Part shown: positions 19,425 to 29,268 of the stretch, piece by piece
Layout: each line of letters opens with the position of its first letter
How positions within the stretch are numbered: position 1 is the first letter of the stretch
Source: Candidatus Cloacimonadota bacterium
GTDB taxonomy: Bacteria > Cloacimonadota > Cloacimonadia > G963667145
Reading direction: 5' to 3'
Assembly (NCBI GenBank): GCA_963676615.1
Contig: OY781092.1
Location: 1,152,001 to 1,216,000 of the forward strand
DNA length: 64,000 nt
Program-made: the position numbers and the translations under genes
The notes under the pieces: generated by a model
What the model was told of the DNA's origin: nothing
What the model saw: only the letters and a program-made list of their open reading frames with translations
Databases searched by the model: none

Positions 19425-20345
19425 TCACCTGATAAATCGCAAATCAACTGGCGATAAAACCTTGCCATTCTCGACAAACTCCTGCCAAACCTCAATGCTC
19501 TCCTGGCTCATTCTACGCTTTGCGCCCGCCGTGTATGCGCCCGTGTGCGGCGTTAGCAGCACATTCTCAAACTCTTGCAACAGCGGCGCCTTCGTCGGCT
19601 CAACAGCAAAAACATCCAAGCCAGCACCTTGAATTTTTTTCGCCTTAATTCCCTTTGCAATCGCCAACTCGTCCACAACCGCACCTCTGGCAACATTCAA
19701 CAAAAAAATCGGCTCTTTTATCAAACCCAAAGATTTCTGATTAAAATAGTGAAAAGTCTGATCGTAAAGCGGACAATGAAAACTCAAAACATTGCACCAG
19801 CCAAGCCCCCGCTCATACGAACAAAACTCGAAATCGCCCCGCTGCTCTTTGTCAAGAAACGGATCGACACAGCGAACCTGCGCTCCCAAAAACTGCAAAC
19901 TCTTCGCAACTCGCGCCCCCACTCTGCCTGCTCCAACCACCAACACACGCAAATCGGGAAACTCCAAATTCTCGGGAAGATTTTTTTTCCAATCGCCAAT
20001 CAAAACTGCGTTCTGCGAAATTCGATGCCCCTTAACAAGCGCCAACAAAAGCGAAATCGTGTGCTCATAAGCCGAATAAGCGTTTGCGTGCGGCGTATTG
20101 CACACCTGCACACCCTGCGCCAGCGCCTGCTTCACGGCGATATTATCAAAGCCGCTACCAGCCCGAATAATCAGCTTCAGCTTAGGAAATTTCTGCAAAA
20201 GCCCAAGATCAAAATTGGTCTTCGTCCTGATAATCGCCACCTGACTCTCGGGGTCGATCTCTTGCATAAAAAATCCGCCGATTTTTTTCTCCTGCACCAG
20301 CTGCCAAAAATGGCTCGGCATCTTCTCCAAAACCGAAGTTCTCAT
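19425..20345 (-). CDS. D-isomer-specific 2-hydroxyacid dehydrogenase (SerA-like, no ACT domain)
   Basis: RAGSGFDNI, GAGRVG, NVARG/EP/TPH catalytic residues. Confidence 0.88.
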   Translation of the reverse strand: MRTSVLEKMPSHFWQLVQEKKIGGFFMQEIDPESQVAIIRTKTNFDLGLLQKFPKLKLIIRAGSGFDNIAVKQALAQGVQVCNTPHANAYSAYEHTISLLLALVKGHRISQNAVLIGDWKKNLPENLEFPDLRVLVVGAGRVGARVAKSLQFLGAQVRCVDPFLDKEQRGDFEFCSYERGLGWCNVLSFHCPLYDQTFHYFNQKSLGLIKEPIFLLNVARGAVVDELAIAKGIKAKKIQGAGLDVFAVEPTKAPLLQEFENVLLTPHTGAYTAGAKRRMSQESIEVWQEFVENGKVLSPVDLRFIR

Positions 20346-20352
20346 AATTTTA

Positions 20353-21777
20353 CTAAATCTTAAAAAAATTCTGAACGACTCTCGACGGCGTAATCGCTGG
20401 CGTCCCATAAACTTTTGCGAGTTTTTCGGCTGTATCTCCAACCAAAAAAGCTCCGCCGAGGCAAGCTTTCTCTGGACTAAGCCCTTGCGCCAAAAAAGAG
20501 GCTATCACGCCCGCCAATACATCGCCACTGCCGCCTGTGGCAAGCCCGTCATTGCCTTTGTCAATAAACCAAATTTTCTGCCCCTGACAAAACAAACTCG
20601 TGTGCGATTTCAGCAAAACAGAACAGCGATATCGTTGCACAAACTCCCGCAATTTCAGAGTCGGTTCTGCCAAAATCTGGGCAATCGAACACTGGCAAAG
20701 CCGTGCAAACTCGCCAATATGCGGCGTCAAAACCGCACCATTTAGCTCCTGCAAAAGCTCCCGATTTTCTGCCAAAATATTTAGCCCGTCCGCATCAATA
20801 ACCAACTTTTCGTTATTTTCCGCCAAACATTTTTGCAAAATTTCGACATTTTTCGTGCCCAATCCAGGACCAATCAAAACAGCATCCGCGCTCGCCAAAT
20901 CCAAATCGGCAAAAGATTTGGTCATCACCTCCGTCAAAGCGACCTCAAAAATCTGCTCCATTCCCGCTGGATGATAGAGGCTTACCAAACCCGCTCCGCT
21001 GTGCAAAGCCGCCCGTGAGCTCAAAATCGCCGCACCGCTAAACCCCGGCGAGCCCGCAACAATCGCTAGCCGCCCACAATCGCCCTTGTGCATCGTGGCG
21101 CTGCGCCTAGGCAAAATCTGCTCATCCAAATAAGCAAAATCGTCCTGACTTTTGGCGAGTTCCTGCTCGGGAATGCCGATAGGAACGACCACCAACTGCC
21201 CACAAACCGCTTTGCCTCTGCCCAAAAAATGACCGGGCTTAGCCGCCGCCATCGTAAGCGTCCAATCCGCCAGCACGCAACAATCGCAAACGCCGCTATC
21301 GGCACAAAGTCCGCTGGGAATATCGATTGCCGCAACTTTGGCAGGCGAAAAATTTATCTGCTCAACAATCGCTTTGGCGTCACCCTGCAAAGCACCTCGA
21401 AAGCCGATACCAAAAATCGCATCCACGACTAAATCGCACTTTGGAATTTCTGTCGAATTTTCCAAAATCGGCAAATTCAGCATCTGACAAGCTCGCCAAT
21501 TTTCAGCCGTTTCAGGAGAAAATTTGTTCGTCTCCCCCAGCAAAAAAATCGTTACCTCATAGCCAAATTTCACTAACCAGCGCGCAACAACAAAGCCGTC
21601 ACCGCCGTTGTTTCCGTCGCCACAAACGACCACCACACTTTTGCCAAAATCAAGCTTGGCGATAAAATCGGCGCAACCTTTGCCCGCATTCTCCATCAAA
21701 ACCCGAGACGGCAAAAAATAGTCGCTCATCGCCAAAGCGTCCGCCTGGCGCATCGCCTTTTTGTCTAAAATATACAC
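20353..21777 (-). CDS. nnr: Bifunctional NAD(P)H-hydrate epimerase/dehydratase (YjeF)
   Basis: LMENAG, GNNGGDG, DIPSG; HKG, IDADGLN, TPHIGE, GGSGDVLAG. Confidence 0.94.
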   Translation of the reverse strand: MYILDKKAMRQADALAMSDYFLPSRVLMENAGKGCADFIAKLDFGKSVVVVCGDGNNGGDGFVVARWLVKFGYEVTIFLLGETNKFSPETAENWRACQMLNLPILENSTEIPKCDLVVDAIFGIGFRGALQGDAKAIVEQINFSPAKVAAIDIPSGLCADSGVCDCCVLADWTLTMAAAKPGHFLGRGKAVCGQLVVVPIGIPEQELAKSQDDFAYLDEQILPRRSATMHKGDCGRLAIVAGSPGFSGAAILSSRAALHSGAGLVSLYHPAGMEQIFEVALTEVMTKSFADLDLASADAVLIGPGLGTKNVEILQKCLAENNEKLVIDADGLNILAENRELLQELNGAVLTPHIGEFARLCQCSIAQILAEPTLKLREFVQRYRCSVLLKSHTSLFCQGQKIWFIDKGNDGLATGGSGDVLAGVIASFLAQGLSPEKACLGGAFLVGDTAEKLAKVYGTPAITPSRVVQNFFKI

Positions 21778-21813
21778 AATCCAGACCTTAGCAGCTGTAG
21801 TTTTTAGCGGAGA

Positions 21814-22440
21814 TTATTTCGTCCCAAAAATTTTGTCGCCAGCGTCGCCCAATCCAGGCAAAATATAGCCCACATCGTTCAACTTTTCGTCAATTGCGGC
21901 GGTGTAGATTTCTACATCTGGGTGCAACTTTTCGACTTTGGCAATTCCCTCGGGAGCTGCCACCAAAAAAATTCCCTTAATTTGCTTGCAGCCCGCTTTT
22001 TTCAAGGCGTCGATAGTCGCAATCAAAGTTCCGCCCGTGGCTAACATCGGATCAAGAATCAACGCCACTCGCTGATCCATCAAGCTGGTAAATTTTTGGT
22101 AATAGTTCACCGCCTCCAATGTCTCCTCGTTGCGATAAAACCCGACAACGCTGATTTTAGCCGACGGAATTATGTCAATAACGCCGTTCATCATCCCGAT
22201 GCCAGCGCGCAAAATCGGCACAATCGTGATTTTTTTGCCCTTTATCTGCTGCACCGTCGTTTTGCCAGCCCAACATTCGATTTCCTTCTCCTCCAGCGGC
22301 AAACTTTCCGTCGCCTTGTAGGTCAAATAATGAGCGATCTCGGCAGAAAGCTCCCTAAATTTTTTCGTAGAAATATCCTTATCCCTCAAAAGCCCCAACT
22401 TATGCTTGATAAGGGGATGATTTTCGACATGAACCAACAT
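21814..22440 (-). CDS. upp: Uracil phosphoribosyltransferase
   Basis: [30 protein letters not shown] before ATG 22440. Confidence 0.97.
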   Translation of the reverse strand: MLVHVENHPLIKHKLGLLRDKDISTKKFRELSAEIAHYLTYKATESLPLEEKEIECWAGKTTVQQIKGKKITIVPILRAGIGMMNGVIDIIPSAKISVVGFYRNEETLEAVNYYQKFTSLMDQRVALILDPMLATGGTLIATIDALKKAGCKQIKGIFLVAAPEGIAKVEKLHPDVEIYTAAIDEKLNDVGYILPGLGDAGDKIFGTK

Positions 22441-22534
22441 TGCATTTCCTCCAGTTAAAATTTTTTCGTTTGTTTCACTTGGATGCATCTTGTCAACAAA
22501 TTTTTGCGGTAGCTTTGGAAAGTTGACACCAAAC

Positions 22535-22559
22535 AAAAAGCCCCCGATTTGAGGGCTTT
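22535..22559 (-). terminator. Intrinsic terminator
   Basis: AAAGCCC/GGGCTTT stem with an A tract on +. Confidence 0.6.
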
Positions 22560-22628
22560 GATTTGCGATTACCGCTTAAAAAATTATCAGAAAAATTTTA
22601 GAGACTGTTTTTGATTATCGTTTCCTAC

Positions 22629-22937
22629 CTAACCAACAAAAAGTTTAATAAAAATCGCTATCAAAGCACCAGAAATTATGCCCAATTGCCACTTTGCAAA
22701 ATTGTAATATCTATCAAATAGCTTGTCCATCACCTCAAATTTTTCATCAACTTTCACATTCAAAGCCTTTATTTCTGACCTCAAATCTTGATCGAGATGA
22801 GCGAAATGGTTTGTTTGAGCCTTCAGAACCAAAATCATCATCTCTTCCGAAGACAACGACCCCCCACGACCTAATTTATCAATTAGCTCCGTAGTTTTGC
22901 CATCAAGCCAATTTTCAAAGATACTATCGTTAAACAT
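22629..22937 (-). CDS. Small hypothetical coiled-coil protein with C-terminal membrane anchor
   Basis: GAGGTG RBS, own TTGACA (22997-23002), C-terminal hydrophobic helix. Confidence 0.7.
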   Translation of the reverse strand: MFNDSIFENWLDGKTTELIDKLGRGGSLSSEEMMILVLKAQTNHFAHLDQDLRSEIKALNVKVDEKFEVMDKLFDRYYNFAKWQLGIISGALIAIFIKLFVG

Positions 22938-23087
22938 TCAACACCTCAATTTACATAAGCCGATACTCATTTCCAAAAAATGAGCAAAATTCATCTTGTC
23001 AACAAGTTTTTGAAGAGAGTAAAAAAAGCTGCACTAAGAAATTTTCTGCGTTTTTTTTGGTAAACCAAGCAGGCAACAAAACTTCTT

Positions 23088-23131
23088 ACACCAAAATAAT
23101 GGCTTATCATTTGCTGCTTATATTTTGGTGT
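23088..23131. repeat. Hairpin/mini-MITE-like repeat, copy 2
   Basis: 11-bp inverted ends ACACCAAAATA/TATTTTGGTGT; 40/44 identical to 9954-9997. Confidence 0.8.
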
Positions 23132-23159
23132 CATAGTCCGTTGCAGAGCAAGAAGCACC

Positions 23160-23187
23160 TGGATTCCTGCCTTCGCAGGAATGAGGG
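23160..23187 (-). repeat. REP-like palindrome, copy 2
   Basis: Reverse complement is CCCTCATTCCTGCGAAGGCAGGAATCCA; stem preserved relative to copy 1. Confidence 0.75.
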
Positions 23188-23229
23188 AATCTAGGACGAA
23201 GACGGGTCTTTTAACTTTTACCTAATAAC

Positions 23230-24189
23230 TTATAACTGCTCTGATTTTAAAAAATCAGAGCCAAATTTTCGCTCTAACTTCCTTAGCAACAATCGATTAT
23301 GTCCATAATAAAGTGAAGTATCCTCTGGGCTTATCACCAAATTTTCCACACCGTTCGGATTTTCCGCACAAATTTTCTCATAAAGTGCCTGAATTTGCAC
23401 CAGTTCGCCAAACGACGCGTGATATGGCCCCGCAACTACCTGCTGGGCGCTGAGCGAAACATCGGAGTGCAAACCGACTTTGATTACCTTGATGCTTTTC
23501 GACTCCAACGCCTTTTTCCAGCGGCAACACAACTGCACCGCCAGCTCCAAACTGGTTGGTTCATACTCCCATGCGCAATACAGCCGCTCCAACTGAGTGC
23601 CAGCCAAAACGAGCGTCGGATAAATCCGCACCTCTTGCGGTTGTAAATCCAAAACCGTCTGCAAAGTCAACTCCAAACTCTGCGGACTGCTTCCTGGCAA
23701 AAACGGCATAAGCTGCACCGTTACAACAAAATCAGCCACCTGCAAACGCCTCACTGCCTCAATCGCCTGCTGCGCGCTATACCCTCTGCCAGATTTTTGC
23801 AAAACCTCGTCCGAAAACGACTGCACGCCAAGCTCCACTGCCTGCACGCCATACTTTTGCAAAAGCGCCAAATTCTCAACAGACAAACAGTCTGGTCGTG
23901 TAGAAATTCGAATAGAATCGTCACTCGGAAGATAAGCCCGAACGCTCTGCAAATAATGCTCCTGCATTTCTAGCGGCAAAGCGGTAAAAGTTCCGCCGAA
24001 AAAAGCGACCTCTTTTTTTTGCCCACTTCGATATTCCACAAACTTTTGGACAAGCTCAGCCACCTGATTTGGCTGCAAAATCTCCGCCTGCGCAGTTATC
24101 GCGTTCTGCTGACAGTAGATACAGCGAAACGGACACCCCGCAAACGGTAAAAAAATGGGAAGCCGAATAGCTCCCCGATTTTTTTTCAT
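23230..24189 (-). CDS. Radical SAM protein (Elp3/HemZ-like, rnc-associated)
   Basis: GCPFRCIYC, FFGGTFT, STRPD, ELGVQS, RIYPT; ATGA overlap with rnc. Confidence 0.88.
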   Translation of the reverse strand: MKKNRGAIRLPIFLPFAGCPFRCIYCQQNAITAQAEILQPNQVAELVQKFVEYRSGQKKEVAFFGGTFTALPLEMQEHYLQSVRAYLPSDDSIRISTRPDCLSVENLALLQKYGVQAVELGVQSFSDEVLQKSGRGYSAQQAIEAVRRLQVADFVVTVQLMPFLPGSSPQSLELTLQTVLDLQPQEVRIYPTLVLAGTQLERLYCAWEYEPTSLELAVQLCCRWKKALESKSIKVIKVGLHSDVSLSAQQVVAGPYHASFGELVQIQALYEKICAENPNGVENLVISPEDTSLYYGHNRLLLRKLERKFGSDFLKSEQL

Positions 24190-24947
24190 CTTTTTTCCGA
24201 TTTTATCTTTTGCCATACAGCTTTGGCGGCGTCCTGTTGCGCCGCTTTTTTGTTCACACCAGAGCCTTTTCCCCAAAATTTGCCATCAAAAAAAACCTCC
24301 ACATAAAAAACTTTGGCGTGCTCGGGTCCTTCTTCGCTGGCGATTTTGTAAGTAGGCAAAGCCTGAAATTTCCCCTGAAAATACTCCTGCACTAGGCTCT
24401 TGTAATTTTGCAAATAGTCACGAGTCACCTCTTTTTCAAAATTTTGCAAACATTTGCTGGCGACAAATTTCCTAGCTTCGTCAATTCCGCCGTCCAAATA
24501 AATCGCACAAATCAGCGACTCCAAAGCGTCCGAGAGAATCGACGCCCGCTTTCTGCCGCCGCTGCGACTCTCGTCGTGCGACAAAAAAAGCGTGTCGCCA
24601 AGACTCAGCTCTTTGGCAATATGCGCCAAATATTTTTCCGAGCCAACTTTCGACTTCAGCTTCGAGAGGTAGCCCTCTTTTTTTTCGGGATATTTATTGA
24701 ACAAACACTCTGCCACCAAAAAGCCCAAAATCGCATCGCCAAAAAACTCCATCCGCTCAAAAGAGCCAAGCTTGCTGTCAGATTTCCGCACGAACGAAAG
24801 GTGCGTCATCGCTAGCTTCAAATAGTCGATATTGCGAAACTTGTAGCCTATTTTTTTTTGCAAAACTTCGGCTTTTTTTTGCCAACTGCTATCGCCCTGC
24901 GGGAGTTTCCCCTTTACTTTTCCAAAAAATTTGAACTTAAACTTCAC
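24186..24947 (-). CDS. rnc: Ribonuclease III
   Basis: ERMEFFGDAILG, DALESLICAIYLD, dsRBD (YKSLVQE..GPEH). Confidence 0.96.
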   Translation of the reverse strand: MKFKFKFFGKVKGKLPQGDSSWQKKAEVLQKKIGYKFRNIDYLKLAMTHLSFVRKSDSKLGSFERMEFFGDAILGFLVAECLFNKYPEKKEGYLSKLKSKVGSEKYLAHIAKELSLGDTLFLSHDESRSGGRKRASILSDALESLICAIYLDGGIDEARKFVASKCLQNFEKEVTRDYLQNYKSLVQEYFQGKFQALPTYKIASEEGPEHAKVFYVEVFFDGKFWGKGSGVNKKAAQQDAAKAVWQKIKSEKR

Positions 24948-24954
24948 AAATTGT

Positions 24955-26199
24955 TTAGCCTTTGAACTTCTTGAAAATCATCACGCCGTTGTGTCCGCCG
25001 AAGCCCAAAGAGTTGCTCAAAGCCACCTGAATATCCAAATCTTCCGCGCCGCCGCTGACATAATCCAAATCGCAATCTGGGTCTGGAGTGCTGATGTTGA
25101 TTGTCGGGTGCACTTTTGCAGTTTGGATAGATTTGCAGCAAACAATCGCCTCGATCGCCGCTGCTCCACCCAAAGTGTGAGCAATCATCGACTTGGTTGA
25201 GTTGATTTTCAGCTTTTTCGCATAATCGCCGAAAACGGTCTTAATCGATTGCGTCTCGAACCTGTCGTTGTAAGGAGTGGAAGTCCCGTGAGCGCTGATG
25301 TATTGCACCTCTGCTGGCGAAACTCCTGCGTCTGCCAAAGCCGCCTGCATCGCTCTTGCGCCACCTTCGCCACCTTCTGCAGGTGCAGTGATGTGATGCG
25401 CGTCGCAACTTGCCCCATATCCCACTACTTCGGCGTAAATCTTTGCGCCTCTTGCTTTTGCGTGCTCCAGCTCTTCAAAAACCAAAACTCCAGCGCCTTC
25501 TCCCATCACAAATCCGTCACGCCCAGTATCAAATGGACGACAAGCCGTTTTCACATCGTCGTTGCGGGTGGACAGAGCTTTCATCGAGCAAAATCCAGCC
25601 AAAGACAAAGGTGTGATAGCAGCCTCTGATCCGCCAGTTACCACGATGTCCGCATCGCCGTATTGCACAGTTCGCAAAGCAGTGCCAAGGGCGTGATTTG
25701 CCGAAGCGCAAGCCGATGAGCAGGTGAAGTTAGGACCTTTGAGATTGTATTTAATCGCAACTCCAGCAGCTGCGGCGTTGATAATCATTTTGGGAATAAA
25801 TTGCGGCGAGACCCTTCTTGGACCTTTGTCTTTCAGGACTCCAGCTTCGTTCTCGAATGTTTCCATTCCCCCAATTCCGCAGCCCATAATGCATCCAGCT
25901 CGGAATGGATCAAAATTCCCCTCTTGGCTCAAACCTGCGTCAGCCATCGCTTCTTCGGCAGCCACGAGCATAAAAATAGAATAAGAGTCCAACTTTTTTG
26001 CAGCGCGCTTATCCAATTTTTCTTTCGGATCAAAATTTTTCAACTCGCCTGCCATATGCGAGGCAAACTCTTCCACATCAAATTTACTTATCTTGTCGAT
26101 TCCGTTTTTGCCTTCCAGCATCGCACTCCAGCTCTCTTCCACACTGTGCCCGAGGGAATTCAGCGTCCCAAGACCAGTAACAACAACTCTTTTTTTCAT
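24955..26199 (-). CDS. fabF: 3-oxoacyl-ACP synthase II
   Basis: SACAS, AHGTST, NSLGFGGHN. Confidence 0.97.
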   Translation of the reverse strand: MKKRVVVTGLGTLNSLGHSVEESWSAMLEGKNGIDKISKFDVEEFASHMAGELKNFDPKEKLDKRAAKKLDSYSIFMLVAAEEAMADAGLSQEGNFDPFRAGCIMGCGIGGMETFENEAGVLKDKGPRRVSPQFIPKMIINAAAAGVAIKYNLKGPNFTCSSACASANHALGTALRTVQYGDADIVVTGGSEAAITPLSLAGFCSMKALSTRNDDVKTACRPFDTGRDGFVMGEGAGVLVFEELEHAKARGAKIYAEVVGYGASCDAHHITAPAEGGEGGARAMQAALADAGVSPAEVQYISAHGTSTPYNDRFETQSIKTVFGDYAKKLKINSTKSMIAHTLGGAAAIEAIVCCKSIQTAKVHPTINISTPDPDCDLDYVSGGAEDLDIQVALSNSLGFGGHNGVMIFKKFKG

Positions 26200-26220
26200 A
26201 CTAAATTAACTCTCCAAATA

Positions 26221-26286
26221 AAAACAAAAGCTACTCTTTTCCTCAAAAAAGATTTTCACCTTATCCGAGCGGCAAAAGAGTAGCTA
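26221..26286 (-). terminator. Hairpin after acpP (terminator or mRNA stabiliser)
   Basis: AGCTACTCTTT/AAAGAGTAGCT inverted repeat followed by a U-rich tail on -. Confidence 0.55.
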
Positions 26287-26296
26287 CTTTGATTTC

Positions 26297-26530
26297 CTAA
26301 CCTAACTTACCTTTGAGATATTCGATAGACTCGCCCACTGTTTTAAGCTTGCCTGCGTCTTCGTCTGGGATTTCGATGTCGAACTCCTCTTCGAATTTCA
26401 TAATAAGCTCAACTGTGTCCAAAGAGTCTGCGCCCAAATCGTCGATATAGCTGGCAGAAGGAACAACCTCAGCAGCGTCAACATCCAACTCTTCTACGAT
26501 AATATCTCTTACTTTAGCTTCAATATCCAT
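26297..26530 (-). CDS. acpP: Acyl carrier protein
   Basis: [11 protein letters not shown]. Confidence 0.98.
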   Translation of the reverse strand: MDIEAKVRDIIVEELDVDAAEVVPSASYIDDLGADSLDTVELIMKFEEEFDIEIPDEDAGKLKTVGESIEYLKGKLG

Positions 26531-26568
26531 TTTTAGTCCTCCTAAATGGTTCTAACTTTCTTCTATTT

Positions 26569-27306
26569 TTATTGCATCACCAAGCCGCCATCGACATTGA
26601 TGGTCTGCCCTGTGATATATTTTGCTCGATCGCTTGCCAAAAACAAGCACAGCTGTGCAACATCTTCGACACTGCCTAGCTCGCCCAGCGGTATCGCCTT
26701 TTTGTAACTATCCACGACATCCTCGGGCAACACATCGGTCATCTGCGTCTGGATAAATCCCGGAGCGATAGCGTTGCAGCGAACTCCACGCGCACCAAAC
26801 TCCTTGGCAACCGACTTGCTAAAGGCGATTACACCACCTTTGCTAGCGGCATAGTTCGCCTGACCGGCGTTTCCCATAAGTCCGATAACCGACGCCATAT
26901 TCAAAATCACGCCCGCTTTTTGCTTCATCATAATCTTGCTCGCCTTTTGCGTACACACAAAAACGCCCTTCAAATTCACATCCATCACCGCTTGCCAATC
27001 CGCCTCTTTCATCCGCATCAGCAGTCCGTCCCTAGTGATTCCAGCGTTGTTCACCAAAATATCCAGCGAACCTTCCGTTTTTTTCAGCCCCACAAAAAGC
27101 TCTTGCATACTTTCCGAATCGGTCACATCGCAGGCAAAACCTCGCACATCTCCAAACGCCTGCAGAGCCTCTACAGCTTTGTCCACCGCCTCTTTCTGCA
27201 AATCCACAATCGTAACTTTCGCCCCGCTCTGCGCAAAAAGTTTCGCCACAGCGTAGCCAATTCCACCAGCGGCGCCAGTCACGACAGCTATCTTATTTTT
27301 CAACAT
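26569..27306 (-). CDS. fabG: 3-oxoacyl-ACP reductase
   Basis: TGAAGGIG, NNAGITRD, YAASK. Confidence 0.96.
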   Translation of the reverse strand: MLKNKIAVVTGAAGGIGYAVAKLFAQSGAKVTIVDLQKEAVDKAVEALQAFGDVRGFACDVTDSESMQELFVGLKKTEGSLDILVNNAGITRDGLLMRMKEADWQAVMDVNLKGVFVCTQKASKIMMKQKAGVILNMASVIGLMGNAGQANYAASKGGVIAFSKSVAKEFGARGVRCNAIAPGFIQTQMTDVLPEDVVDSYKKAIPLGELGSVEDVAQLCLFLASDRAKYITGQTINVDGGLVMQ

Positions 27307-27312
27307 CGCTTC

Positions 27313-28266
27313 TTACGCCTCTTGCAGCTCAGCGACGACCTTCGCCACATCTTCCAACTTATCGATGTTCACAATTTTGGCTTTGCGGAAAATCTTCTTG
27401 ATCATTCCGCTGACAACTTTGCCAGGACCGAACTCCACAAAAATCTCCACGCCGTCGGCAACCATCTTCTCGACAGAAGCGATCCATTGCACCGAACCGC
27501 TAACTTGCTCAATCAAATTTTGCTTAATCTCGTCGATATTTGTATGAGGCGTAGCGTCAACATTGCTCACCAGCGGACAGCTCCCAGCGCTAAAATCGAC
27601 CTTCGCCATCTCCCCAGCCAAACCTTCAGCCGCTGGCTGCATCAAAGGACTGTGAAAAGCACAGCTCACCGCCAAAGGCACCACTCGTTTAGCGCCCGCC
27701 TCTTCCGCCAGCTTCGCCGCTCTTTGCACAGCCTCACCGTTACCAGAAATCACAACCTGCACCGGCGTGTTATAGTTAGCGATAATCACCTTGCCCTGCG
27801 CATCGCTGGCTTTGGCGCAAATCGCCTCGACATCCTCGAGCTTCATTCCAATAATCGCGCACATTCCACCGCCGCTACCTTCGCCCGCTTCTTTCATATA
27901 CAAGCCACGCTTGTGCACCAAATACAACGCATCCTCAACACTGAGCACGCCCGCAGCCACCAAAGCCGAGAACTCGCCCAAAGAGTGACCAGCCACCAAA
28001 TCTGGCTGCAAATCTAGCTCCTTTTGCAAAGCTCGCACCGCCGCACACGAATGCAACAAAATCGACGGTTGAGTAAACTCGGTTTGCGCCAACTTTTCTT
28101 GCGGACCATCGCTCATCAGATCCAGCAAATCAAAGCCCGCTCTTTGCGAAAAATCTTCAGCACTTTTCTTCAAATCCGCATCGGCAGCCAAAAAATCTTG
28201 AGCCATTCCGACATATTGCGCTCCCTGACCGGGAAAAACAAAAGCTACTTTTTTGCCATTAAACAT
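27313..28266 (-). CDS. fabD: Malonyl CoA-ACP transacylase
   Basis: FPGQGAQ, GHSLGE, AFHS. Confidence 0.97.
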   Translation of the reverse strand: MFNGKKVAFVFPGQGAQYVGMAQDFLAADADLKKSAEDFSQRAGFDLLDLMSDGPQEKLAQTEFTQPSILLHSCAAVRALQKELDLQPDLVAGHSLGEFSALVAAGVLSVEDALYLVHKRGLYMKEAGEGSGGGMCAIIGMKLEDVEAICAKASDAQGKVIIANYNTPVQVVISGNGEAVQRAAKLAEEAGAKRVVPLAVSCAFHSPLMQPAAEGLAGEMAKVDFSAGSCPLVSNVDATPHTNIDEIKQNLIEQVSGSVQWIASVEKMVADGVEIFVEFGPGKVVSGMIKKIFRKAKIVNIDKLEDVAKVVAELQEA

Positions 28267-28275
28267 CTTATCTCC

Positions 28276-29268
28276 TTAAACTCGCAAAAGCATCGCTCCG
28301 GCGGTGAGTCCCGCGCCAAAAGCGGTCATCATCACCAAATCGCCCTTTTTGATTTTGCCCTGTTTCAAAGCATCATCAAAAGCCATCGGCACCGAAGCGG
28401 CAGAAGTGTTGCCGTATTTGTTAACCGTCACCACAACTTTTTGCGAATCGATTTTCATTTTTTTACCCAAACCGTCGATAATCCGCTGATTTGCTTGATG
28501 CGGAACCAAAAAATCCAAATCGTCAAAAGTGATGCCATTTCGGTCGGCAAGCTCCTTGCAAACGCCATACATACTTTTGATTGCCAGTTTGAAAATTTTG
28601 TTTCCTTCCATCTGAATTGTGTGTAAATTTTTATCAATCGTCTCTTGGCAGGCAGGCATCCGAGAGCCTCCAGCTTGCTCAAAAAGGAGCTCCTCCTCTT
28701 TTCCGCTAGCCTCTAGATACGAGCCGATAAAGCGAGAAGTGTCGTCCAAATCCGCTCTGGAATAAATGCTCGCTCCAGCTCCATCACCAAAAAGAATGCA
28801 GGTGTTACGATCTTGATAATTGACAATTCTGGTCAGCGTCTCCGCGCCGATAACCAGCACTCTCTTGTGAAATCCAGCCTCGATATACGCCCGCGCCATA
28901 TCGCTTCCGTAGATAAACCCCGTGCATCCAGCGGAAATATCCATCGCCGCAACTTTATCAATCCCGAGCTTTTTTTGCACCAAACAAGCCGTGGCAGGAA
29001 AAGGATAGTCGGGGCTAACAGTCGCCAACAAAATCAAATCGATATCTTCGGCAGAAACGCCAGCGTCCTCGATGGCTCTCTTCGCCGCCATATACGCAAT
29101 GTCGCTCGTGGCTTGATCTTTGGCAGCTTTTCGCCTCTCTTTCATTCCCGTCATCGAGGAAATCCACTCATCAGAAGTGTCCAGATACTCCTCGAAAAAG
29201 GCGTTAGTTATGACCTCATCCGGTACATAATGCCCAGTACCTTCTAATTTTGCTTGAAATTTTGCCAT
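28276..29268 (-). CDS. fabH: 3-oxoacyl-ACP synthase III
   Basis: AGCTGF, FGDGAGA, PHQAN, GNTSAAS. Confidence 0.96.
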   Translation of the reverse strand: MAKFQAKLEGTGHYVPDEVITNAFFEEYLDTSDEWISSMTGMKERRKAAKDQATSDIAYMAAKRAIEDAGVSAEDIDLILLATVSPDYPFPATACLVQKKLGIDKVAAMDISAGCTGFIYGSDMARAYIEAGFHKRVLVIGAETLTRIVNYQDRNTCILFGDGAGASIYSRADLDDTSRFIGSYLEASGKEEELLFEQAGGSRMPACQETIDKNLHTIQMEGNKIFKLAIKSMYGVCKELADRNGITFDDLDFLVPHQANQRIIDGLGKKMKIDSQKVVVTVNKYGNTSAASVPMAFDDALKQGKIKKGDLVMMTAFGAGLTAGAMLLRV

